Assembly (NCBI GenBank): GCA_963746545.1
Contig: CAVVBV010000029.1
Coordinates: 210,163-274,162, forward strand
Direction: 5' to 3'
DNA: 64,000 nucleotides
From: an uncultured Gammaproteobacteria bacterium
Lineage (GTDB): Bacteria; Pseudomonadota; Gammaproteobacteria; Steroidobacterales; Steroidobacteraceae
The translations under genes were made by a program, and so were the position numbers. This document shows, piece after piece, positions 19,591 to 27,971 of this stretch. The notes under the pieces are model-generated. The model was not told the origin of the DNA and did not search any database. It saw only the letters and a program-made list of their open reading frames with translations. Positions within the stretch are counted from its first letter, which is position 1; each line of letters begins with the position of its first letter.

Positions 19591-20783
19591 ACACCGCCCG
19601 CCCGCGCGGCCAGCGGCTGCGCATCCTGCTGCATTCGCAACACCTCACGGGTGTCGGGCATTTCGTGCGCATGCGCGAAATCGCGCGCTCGCTCGTTTCC
19701 CGGCATGACGTGTACATGGTCGATGGCGGCCGCCCCGTGCCGGGTGCCGACGCGGGCGGCGCGACTCCGGTCGAGGTGCCGCGGATCATCCGCGAGGCAG
19801 GCCGTCTCGTTCCGCTGGCGGGCGAATCCGGTATCGCCGCCACGCTGACGGAACGTCGCAGGATCCTGTGCGAAGCGATCACCCGGTTACGCCCTGATGT
19901 GCTGATCGTCGAGCACTACCCGTTCAGCAAGTGGGAGCTGCAGGACGAGATCGAGGCGGCGATCGCAGCGACACGCGTTGCGAATGCCCACGCCGTGGTC
20001 CTGTGCTCGGTGCGCGACATCGTGCGCCAGACCCGCCATGAATCGTGCACCGGGGCGGACTACGTCCTGCGCGTGCTCGGCTCGCTGCACGCCGGCTTCG
20101 ACGCGCTGCTGGTTCACGGCGATCCGGCACTGACGCGTCTCGAAGAACATTTCCCCGGCGTCGGCGAAATCCGGATCCCGGTCGAATACACGGGCATCGT
20201 TTCGCAGCCGCTCCGGCCGGAGCAGCGCGATGCGCGGACGATCGAACAGCTCACCAACGGCGCACCGTTCGTGCTGGCGAGTGCGGGCGGCGGCCCCGAT
20301 GCGCAGGGATTGCTGGTGCAGTGCGTGCTCGCGTGGCAGCTGCTCGTCGCGCAGGGCGCGCTGCCAGGATGGAGGCTCGTGATCTGCTCGGGGCTGGCTT
20401 CGCCTTCCGGCGAATTGCGCGAACTTGCGTCCGCCGAGGGCGCGGGCAGCATCGTCGTCCAGCCCTTCAGCGCCGACTACCTGGCCTGGCTGGAGATGGC
20501 GCAATTGTCGGTGAGCTGCGCGGGCTACAACACCTGCGCGAACCTGCTGCAGCTGCGCTGCCGTGCGTTGCTGGTGCCGGACCCGCAGATGTCCGATCAG
20601 CCGGAGCGCGCGCGCATCCTGGCGGCACGCGGCATCGCATCGGTGCTGGACCCACGGGAGCTGGACGGGAGGACGCTTGCCGATGCGATCCACAGGGCAC
20701 TCGCGTCCTCGCCGACGCCGCACGACATTGCAATGAATGGCGCCGCACGCACCCGCGACATCATCGAACGTCTCGCGGGCTGA
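19587..20783 (+). CDS. Glycosyltransferase-like protein (GT-B fold, COG4671/GT28-like)
   Basis: 398 aa. N-terminal RILLHSQHLTGVGHFVRMREIA resembles the predicted-glycosyltransferase family with an HD/HS-x-GLGH motif. TTG start overlaps the upstream stop (TTGA). Confidence 0.55.
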   Translation: MNTARPRGQRLRILLHSQHLTGVGHFVRMREIARSLVSRHDVYMVDGGRPVPGADAGGATPVEVPRIIREAGRLVPLAGESGIAATLTERRRILCEAITRLRPDVLIVEHYPFSKWELQDEIEAAIAATRVANAHAVVLCSVRDIVRQTRHESCTGADYVLRVLGSLHAGFDALLVHGDPALTRLEEHFPGVGEIRIPVEYTGIVSQPLRPEQRDARTIEQLTNGAPFVLASAGGGPDAQGLLVQCVLAWQLLVAQGALPGWRLVICSGLASPSGELRELASAEGAGSIVVQPFSADYLAWLEMAQLSVSCAGYNTCANLLQLRCRALLVPDPQMSDQPERARILAARGIASVLDPRELDGRTLADAIHRALASSPTPHDIAMNGAARTRDIIERLAG

Positions 20784-20800
20784 TGGACGGGCGGGCGCAC

Positions 20801-22180
20801 TTACCCGGGCAACAGCGACAGGAATTCCTCGAACTTGCCGGTCGGTCCGCGCGCGATCGCTTCCACGGCAACGACATTCACCCGATACAGAAAGCCGAGC
20901 GTCTCGCGGACGACGTCTATTGCCTGCTGCGTTTCCGCGACCGTCAACGGCCGATCAAGAACGACGCGTAGCTCGATTGCATCGGGCGCCGTCTGCACCC
21001 ATTGCGCCTGGCGGACCACGCTGACTGCGCGGATCTTGTAGAGGGTGATGGGGTAGTAGCGCTGACCGTCGGGACTCAGGGCCATGTTCTTTACGCGGCC
21101 CAGCACCTGGCGTATTACCGGCGACGCGCGGCCGCAGCCGCAGGGCTCACCGACCGTTGCGTAATCGCCGATCTGGTAGCGTATCAACGGCGTCGCGAGG
21201 TTGTGCAGGGGCGTCAGCACGACTTGGCCGGATTCCCCGGGCGCGCAACGCTCGCGCCGCTCGTTCAGGATCTCGACGAAGATCCCCTCAGACTGCACAT
21301 GCAGGCTCCCGTGTTCGCGGCAACGAAATGCGATCTGGCCGTTTTCATTGGAGGTGTACATGTCCGATACACGCACGCCCCATGCGGCGGTAATGCGGGA
21401 TTCGAACTCGGTATCGACCGGCTCCGAGATGAGCCGGATTTCTTCGAGCGCCGGCGTCTTTCCACCCGGGCCTAGTGCGCCGAAAAGCTCCGCCGCGACA
21501 CTAGGGTAAGTCAACAGGTAGTGCGGATCGAAGCGGCGCAGCCACTCGATCAGCAGCTCTACCGGCAGTTTGACATGCGCGACGGCTGCCGGCCCTGTGC
21601 GATAGAGGTCCGCAACCGGTGGGCCCCAGATGCCTTCTTGTCGATGCCTTGCTGAATGCCAGTCGGCCGGCTTGAAGGAGCGGATGACACCCAGCCGTTT
21701 CGAGAAATCGCGTCGTTGCCAGAGGTGCTCGCGCACGCCGAGCGCGTCCCAGATCATGCGCGTGACCGCCGTCGTACGAATCTCCACCGGAATGCCGGTG
21801 GACCCCGAGGTGCGCACTGCTGCGAGCGGCAGGTGCGGATGTGGCACCACCGACGCGTTGAGTGCGGGACCCTCGCTGTGAAGCGTTGCCTTCGCCAGCA
21901 AGGGCAATTGCAGCCACTGCTCCTCGAAGCGCTCCGGCGACCGACGCAGGATCTTGAGGGCCGCCTTCAGCGAGCCCGTCCTCAGGTAGTACGGCACATT
22001 GTTGGCGGCCCATTCGAGCAGCAGGATCAGCTGCGATTGCGTGCCGGCAGCAAGCTCAGCCGCTGACCACCGCTGCGATTCTTCCAGTCCGCGCACCACG
22101 TCCTGCAGCCTGGCGGGAGGAGTCGCGAGAAACGGAGGCCACGACAGGAACGGAGAGAGCGGCGGCAGCGGGCGCGTCAT
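20801..22180 (-). CDS. PaaK / coenzyme F390 synthetase-like adenylate-forming enzyme
   Basis: 459 aa. TSGSTGIPVEI adenylation motif and YQIGDY...GRVKN blocks typical of the phenylacetate-CoA ligase / CapK family. Confidence 0.65.
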   Translation of the reverse strand: MTRPLPPLSPFLSWPPFLATPPARLQDVVRGLEESQRWSAAELAAGTQSQLILLLEWAANNVPYYLRTGSLKAALKILRRSPERFEEQWLQLPLLAKATLHSEGPALNASVVPHPHLPLAAVRTSGSTGIPVEIRTTAVTRMIWDALGVREHLWQRRDFSKRLGVIRSFKPADWHSARHRQEGIWGPPVADLYRTGPAAVAHVKLPVELLIEWLRRFDPHYLLTYPSVAAELFGALGPGGKTPALEEIRLISEPVDTEFESRITAAWGVRVSDMYTSNENGQIAFRCREHGSLHVQSEGIFVEILNERRERCAPGESGQVVLTPLHNLATPLIRYQIGDYATVGEPCGCGRASPVIRQVLGRVKNMALSPDGQRYYPITLYKIRAVSVVRQAQWVQTAPDAIELRVVLDRPLTVAETQQAIDVVRETLGFLYRVNVVAVEAIARGPTGKFEEFLSLLPG

Positions 22181-22230
22181 CCCATGATTCTATCCGTGCC
22201 CGCGACGCGCCACCCGTCAACGACGGCGTC

Positions 22231-22737
22231 TCATTTCCCCGCGATGCTCAATCGCGATTCCGCGTACTTCTCAAGCTCCCCGCGCCGCGTGTAGCCCTCG
22301 ACGCGCAGGCGATAGATCCCGTTCGGCAGCATCGACGTGTTGAATCCGAGGTGCAGCTCGCCGTTGGAGTCGAGCGCGAGGCGTTCGGCGTGCAGCAGCG
22401 CCGTGCCGTCGTCGCGCGACAGCGCAATGCGGTAGCGGTCGAAACGATCGCTGGTCACGGCGATCGCGAGGTCGACGCGGGTGGCGAAGCCGCCGGCGTC
22501 GATGCCGGTCAGGCGGCCGGCACGCGGATCGACGTGGACCGTCCGGGTCGAGGAGGGTGGCTGCAGGAAGCCGACCGCGGCCTGGGCCTGCATCATCGTC
22601 ATGCGATCCAGGGCGACATTCCAGCGCCAGGCGGTCCAGATGAGCGCCACGACCAGGACGAAGATCAGGATCGCGCCCCCTGCCAGGACCTGCGGTTTCT
22701 GGTACCTGGCCATCCATTCGGGATATTCGATTTCCAT
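22231..22737 (-). CDS. Membrane-anchored hypothetical protein
   Basis: 168 aa from MEIEYPEW. One TM helix (GGAILIFVLVVALIWTAW) and a beta-rich C-terminal domain. Only this 3' part of track ORF 22231..23649 looks protein-like. Co-directional with the PaaK-like gene. Confidence 0.45.
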   Translation of the reverse strand: MEIEYPEWMARYQKPQVLAGGAILIFVLVVALIWTAWRWNVALDRMTMMQAQAAVGFLQPPSSTRTVHVDPRAGRLTGIDAGGFATRVDLAIAVTSDRFDRYRIALSRDDGTALLHAERLALDSNGELHLGFNTSMLPNGIYRLRVEGYTRRGELEKYAESRLSIAGK

Positions 22738-22799
22738 TGACCCAACTCCGTGGCCCGCTGCGTTTATTCTATGCGTCCAGAGACCGAGGAGAGCCCGAC

Positions 22800-24331
22800 A
22801 TGACTTCGTTGTCTGCCCGAGTTCACATTTTGCTGGCCGGCAGCCTGATCGCCGCCTGCGCCCTGGCGGCCGAGCCCCAGACGGCGCTGACCGTCTACAG
22901 TTCCGCGCAACCGGGCGGCATCCCGGCCGAGTGGTATCGCCCGCTGCCCGGCATGGGCACGCCGCAGGCGAGTTCCCTGCCCGGATTCGCGCTGGTGCGC
23001 GTGGACCGGGATCTCGACCTCGACGCGCGGACGGAGCAAGTTGCAGTTCACGGACGTCGCCGCGCTGATCGACCCGACGACCGTGCAGTTCCGTTCGCTG
23101 ACCGATCCCAACGGCACGAAGGTGCTGGAGCAGAATTTCCAGTTCGACCTGGTCAGCACCGAGAAGCTGCTGTCGCGCTACGTGGACCGCAAGGTCAGCG
23201 TCGAGAGCCAGCAGGGCGACGGCGTCAAGCTGACCGAAGGCACGCTGCTCTCGGCGAATGACGGGCTGGTGCTGCGCGGCGACGACGGCCAGATCCATGC
23301 GCTGCGCAACTGGAGCGGCATGCAGTTCGGCGAACTGCCGGGCGGGCTGATCACGCGGCCGACGCTCGAATGGGACATCCTCGCCGCGAAGGCCGGCACG
23401 CATCGCGCGCGCGTCTCGTACCAGACCGGCGGCATCACCTGGTGGGCGGACTACAACCTGGTTTTCACCGAAGGCGCGGACGCGAATTCCGGCTTCGTGG
23501 ACGTGGGCGCCTGGGTGAGCCTGCTGAACCAGTCCGGCGCGAGTTACCAGGACGCGAAGCTCAAGCTGATCGCGGGCGACGTCAATCGCGTGCAGCCGGG
23601 CACGGGAGGCATCATGCCGGCGGCACAGCGCGCGAAAGGTCTTCGACATGGCCGCGGATGCCCCCGGCTTCGAGGAGAAATCCTTCTTCGAATATCACCT
23701 GTACACGCTGGGCCGGCCCGCGACGCTTCCCAACAACTCGACCAAGCAGATCGAGCTCTTCGACGCGGCAACGCGGGTGCCGGCGAAGAAGCAGCTCGTG
23801 TACTACGGCGCGGAGGGTTATGGCTTCTACGGCGACCTGGTACTCGACCGGGATTTCGGCCCGACCTCCAACACGAAAGTGGACGTGTGGCTCACGCTCA
23901 AGAACGACAAGGCCTCGGGCCTCGGCATGCCGTTGCCTGCCGGGCGCATCCGCGTCTCGCAGCAGGACAAGGCCGACGGCAGCATGGAGTTCATCGGCGA
24001 GGACAAGATCGACCACACGCCCAAGGACGAGGACGTGCGGGTCAAGCTCGGCACGGCCTTCGACGTGGTCGGCGAGCGCCGCCAGACCGATTTCGCGCTG
24101 AACTCGAAAGGCCGCGTCATGGAAGAGGCCTTCGAGATCAAGGTCCGCAACCACAAGGACCAGGCGGTCGACGTGGTCGTGCGCGAGAACCTCTATCGCT
24201 GGAGCAAGTGGACATTGATCCAGCAGTCCACGCCATCCGAGAAGAAGGACGCGCGCACCATCGAGTTCCCGGTGCGGATCGCGCCGGACGGCGAGGCGAT
24301 CGTCACCTACCGGGTGCGTTACACCTGGTGA
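22800..24331 (+). pseudogene. DUF4139-family secreted protein interrupted by two +1 frameshifts
   Basis: Three collinear pieces lie in three frames. (1) Signal peptide MTSLSARVHILLAGSLIAACALA... to ~23028. (2) ...LQFTDVAALIDPTTVQFRSL... to ~23635. (3) ...FFEYHLYTLGRPATLPNNSTKQIELF...VTYRVRYTW to 24331. Confidence 0.6.
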
Positions 24332-25140
24332 GCTTCGAGGGTCAGCGGCGCGCCGACCGCGATCGTCTCGCCGACGCCTTCGACCAGGACGCAGTTCTGG
24401 CCGAAGGCGACGCCATGCAGCTTGCGGTCGTGACGATAGGTCTTCAGCGTGCGCAGCGGCTCCTGCTGCGGATCGCGCGAACCGTTCTTCTGGTCGGTGG
24501 TCGTGATCGAGCAGCGCGTGCAATGCTTGACGCCGCGCAGCACGATGTTGCCGGAGCGGAATGAGATCATCGCGTCTTCCGCGTACGGCGCGACGCCCTC
24601 GATGACGACATTGGGCCGGAAGCGCGCCATCGGGACCGGCTTCGGCAGGCGGCTGTTCAGTTCCGCGAGCGATTCGCGGGAAATCATCAGCACCGGGTAG
24701 CCGTCCGTGAAGGTCACGGGTTGCGGCTTCGGGCCCGCGTATTCGGGATTGGCGAGCCGCGGCGCCCGCTCGTCGAACCGCATGAGCCGGTAGTTTCCGC
24801 CGAGCACGCGGAACAGCCATGCCGCGGCCTCGTCGCCGGCATCGATGCCGTTGCAATGGTCCTTCCAGATCCGCACAGGCCGCGTGGCGCCGCTCGCATG
24901 CGCGTCCACCGTGAGCGTCGAATGCCCCTCGGCGGACAATTCGAGCCGGCCGCCGGCGATCGCGGTCGTGATGGTCGCGAGCTTCGCATGCTCGCGCTGC
25001 GTCACGAAGTGATCCTTGCCGTCCACGATCATCCAGCGCCGGTCCCATTCGAGGCCGGTCGGCGTCAGGAGCGCCGTGGCGACATCGATGCCGCGGCAGG
25101 ACTTGACCGGATAGATGTGCAGGCTCGCGATGCTGGCCAT
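24319..25140 (-). CDS. MOSC domain protein (YcbX-like N-terminal beta-barrel plus MOSC)
   Basis: 273 aa. MASIASLHIYPVKSCRG... N-terminus and a C-terminal ...GVKHCTRCSITTTDQ... MOSC Cys block. Confidence 0.8.
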   Translation of the reverse strand: MASIASLHIYPVKSCRGIDVATALLTPTGLEWDRRWMIVDGKDHFVTQREHAKLATITTAIAGGRLELSAEGHSTLTVDAHASGATRPVRIWKDHCNGIDAGDEAAAWLFRVLGGNYRLMRFDERAPRLANPEYAGPKPQPVTFTDGYPVLMISRESLAELNSRLPKPVPMARFRPNVVIEGVAPYAEDAMISFRSGNIVLRGVKHCTRCSITTTDQKNGSRDPQQEPLRTLKTYRHDRKLHGVAFGQNCVLVEGVGETIAVGAPLTLEAHQV

Positions 25141-27945
25141 TCAGGGGCTCGACTTTAGCGCGAAGTCGAAACTGCCGTAGTGCAGGTAGTTGGCCCAGTC
25201 GGCGGAGGGCAGTTCGCGAACCGCGGCGCGCGCGGCATTGAGCGCCACGCCGATCGAGCTGCCGCCGGCCAGCTCGCGGTAGAGCAGCGTCGCAAAGGCC
25301 GTGGCGCCGGCATCCGACACCGGCCACCAGGTGCCGATGAAGTTCGCGACGCCGCCGCGCAGGAAGGCCTCGGCAAATCCGACGCTGCGGTCGAGTTGCC
25401 GCAGCGGCTTGACGGCGCTGCGCAGCCTGCCGGATTCGCAGGCGTTGAAGAACACGAGCGCCGGCACGGAATCCATCGCGGCGAGGTCGCCGCCGGACAG
25501 GACGCGGCCGCCCGCGCACAGGATGCCGCTCGAAGCGGGTGCGGCGGAATCGAAGAACGCGTGACCGGCGAAGTGAATCGCGTCGTAGTCGCCGGAGCGG
25601 AATTCCGCGAGCAGCCGCGCGCGCGTCGCCTCGCCGCCGCGGATTGCCGTGATGCCGGTGCCCGGCAGGCGCGTCAGCATCTGCGCGACGCGCTCGCCTT
25701 CCTCGATTGCGCCCGGCAGGTCGCCGGTCGGATTGATGACCAGGAGCACGTTGAGGCCGCGCTCGCGCCGGCGCTGCTCGCGCCACTTGGCGACCGACAT
25801 CCCCTCGGCCGCATAACGCCGGCTCAATCCGGCCTCCGCGGCGGGCGCCCAGCCCTTGATGCTGAGCGCCTCCCAGGGCCAGTGCGCGCCGGCGCTGTCG
25901 TGCACGACGACGAGCGGCGCCTCCTTCACCGCGGGGAGCGCCGCGACGATTTCCTCCGGCAGCAGCAGCTCCGCGAGGCGTTCGCCGAAATCCTCGAGTT
26001 CCGCGATCGGCATGCCGGGCTCGAGGCGCGCGTGCTCGCGTTCGAGCGCGCGCAGGTCGAGCCGCCGGATCGCGGTCAGCGCGGTCGCCTTCGGCGCCGT
26101 GCCAAGGAGCGCCGCGTGCATCTGGCCGGCGGATTCCTGCACGAAAAGCCAGGCGAGCGGTGTGGCGGTCGGCTTGATCACCCGGCTGGGCTTGCGCGCC
26201 GCCTTGCGCGCCGGCTGCAGGCGCAGGAGCGGCGCTGCCGGATGCAGGCGCAGCAGGTCTTCCGCGACCCGGCGCGCGGCGGAGAGCCTGCGCGCATTGC
26301 GCGACAGGATCGTGATGCGCCGCAGCCGCAGTTCCGGCGAGAGATCCGACAGCGCGGTCAGCACGCCCTCGAGCTGGGCGCGAGCGGCATCGGCGGCATC
26401 GGCGCCGGAGGCAGTGCCCCACAGCACCATCGCAAAGTCGCCGACGCCGGCGAGCGCGAGCGTGCGCGTGACATTCGCGGCGGCGAGGCGCTGCACGTCC
26501 GGCCCGTAGCGCCCGAAGTCGCCGAGGCCCGCGAGCACGACCAGCCGCGCCGCGAGCCCGCGCCGGCCGACGGGCAATACGAATACTTCTCCGGCCGCGG
26601 CGCCGATCGCGCGCCGGCGCGACAGGTCGCCGATTGCGCCGTGCAGCATCGTGTCGACGGCAAGCGCCGCGCCCGCCGGCTCGACATTGGCAAACGCGCC
26701 GAGTACGAGCGCGGATGCCTGGCTCTGGGTGATGCTGCCCTCGACGAAGGCGAGTTCGACCGGCCGGGCCTGCCCGCCGCTCCGCGCGACGGGCGTGGCG
26801 CTGGTCGCGGGATCCGCGACGGCGACGAACTCGTGCAGGAATTCGCGTTGCTGCCGTTCGGACAGGTCACTCCAGGCAATCTTGACGGGCGTCGGCGCAC
26901 GGGTGTCCGTTTCCCACAGCGTCGGCACGCCGCGGCGGCGCGGCAGCACGTGCGGCAGCACCTCGGTCGTATCGCCCCGCGCGAGGTCGATGACGGCGCG
27001 GCCGACGTCCGCGTTGCCGGGCAGCGAGCCATGGCTTTCCTCGACGTACCAGGTCGGCATGCCGGGCCAATGCGCGAGTGCGAGCGGCACCGTGCCGTCT
27101 CCCGCCGGCCCGCGGCCGAACTCCAGGCGCTGCGAGAGCCGTTTGACGCCGAGAACCGTGTCCTGGCCGAAACCGGCGATCAGGCGGAATCGTTCGTCGG
27201 GCGGCGGCAGCGTCTCGAGCGTGCGGCGCGCATTGGTCAGCAGGCTTTGCGCGGGATTCGGCCCCTTGGGCCACTGCGCCGCGTCGAAGGGATCGAAATC
27301 CTTGCAGGCGGCGGCTGGCGGCAGCAGTTCACAGAGTCCCGGGAATGTCGTCAGCACCCGGCTCGCGATGTCGTCGGCATCGTGCAGGAGATCCAGCATC
27401 GCCAGGCGCCGGATCAGCGGATAAGTCCCGCGCAGCGCCTGGACAGCGACGAACGCGCCGCGATTGGGCGCGCCGAGCTGGATCACGCGCGTGATTCGTT
27501 CAGCGCCTTTCTGGGCGAGTGCGGCGCGCGCGACCAGTCCGCCCAGGCTGTGGCCGACGAGGATGACTCCCTGGCGCCGTTCGCCGACCAGGCGTTCCGC
27601 CAGCACGCGCCCGTTGGCGGAAAGGTCGAGGCGCCAGTCATAAGGATGGAAAGCGGCGTCGTAGCCGGCGATCCTGAGCACGAGGCGCAGCCGTTCGTAG
27701 GCGAATCGCAGGACGCCGAGCGGCCCGTAGCGGCGGCCGCCGGGCAGCGCGAGTTTCCTCAGGCCGCCGGCCGCGATCTCCAGCGGGTCGAACCACTTGA
27801 TGTCGTCCAGCATGCCCTTGCGCGGGCGGCCGAGCGTCGAGCCCATGATGCCCGGCAGGATCAGCACGCGCGGCCCGCCGCGCATGCCCGCCGCCCGCCG
27901 GGCGAGCCGCGACAGTTCCTGGTCCGCTTCGAGATAGGACGACAT
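25141..27945 (-). CDS. 934-aa multidomain protein: lipase/LCAT-like alpha/beta-hydrolase, macro-like (M17 N-terminal-like) middle region, C-terminal CHAT (caspase-like) protease
   Basis: The N-terminal ~330 aa has GHSLGG (Ser ~133), GDGTVP and ESHGSLP. The middle region (aa ~400-560) resembles the leucyl-aminopeptidase N-terminal/macro fold (...LVVLAGLGDFG...). The C-terminal region has the CHAT dyad pattern YDAIHFAGHA (His ~795) and LVFFNACESG (Cys ~836). Confidence 0.75.
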   Translation of the reverse strand: MSSYLEADQELSRLARRAAGMRGGPRVLILPGIMGSTLGRPRKGMLDDIKWFDPLEIAAGGLRKLALPGGRRYGPLGVLRFAYERLRLVLRIAGYDAAFHPYDWRLDLSANGRVLAERLVGERRQGVILVGHSLGGLVARAALAQKGAERITRVIQLGAPNRGAFVAVQALRGTYPLIRRLAMLDLLHDADDIASRVLTTFPGLCELLPPAAACKDFDPFDAAQWPKGPNPAQSLLTNARRTLETLPPPDERFRLIAGFGQDTVLGVKRLSQRLEFGRGPAGDGTVPLALAHWPGMPTWYVEESHGSLPGNADVGRAVIDLARGDTTEVLPHVLPRRRGVPTLWETDTRAPTPVKIAWSDLSERQQREFLHEFVAVADPATSATPVARSGGQARPVELAFVEGSITQSQASALVLGAFANVEPAGAALAVDTMLHGAIGDLSRRRAIGAAAGEVFVLPVGRRGLAARLVVLAGLGDFGRYGPDVQRLAAANVTRTLALAGVGDFAMVLWGTASGADAADAARAQLEGVLTALSDLSPELRLRRITILSRNARRLSAARRVAEDLLRLHPAAPLLRLQPARKAARKPSRVIKPTATPLAWLFVQESAGQMHAALLGTAPKATALTAIRRLDLRALEREHARLEPGMPIAELEDFGERLAELLLPEEIVAALPAVKEAPLVVVHDSAGAHWPWEALSIKGWAPAAEAGLSRRYAAEGMSVAKWREQRRRERGLNVLLVINPTGDLPGAIEEGERVAQMLTRLPGTGITAIRGGEATRARLLAEFRSGDYDAIHFAGHAFFDSAAPASSGILCAGGRVLSGGDLAAMDSVPALVFFNACESGRLRSAVKPLRQLDRSVGFAEAFLRGGVANFIGTWWPVSDAGATAFATLLYRELAGGSSIGVALNAARAAVRELPSADWANYLHYGSFDFALKSSP

Positions 27946-27971
27946 GCGGCAATTCTACAGGCGAATGTAAG

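Noticed and set aside
23041-24564. 507-aa and 520-aa single-frame ORFs (23041..24564 and 54229..55791) taken as the true DUF4139 and S8 protease products.
   Set aside because: In each case only the first part of the ORF matches the family. The remainder is Arg/Gly-rich, while the conserved blocks (FFEYHLYTL...; GLIDSGVD, HGTAV, GTSFASP) lie in the neighbouring frame.
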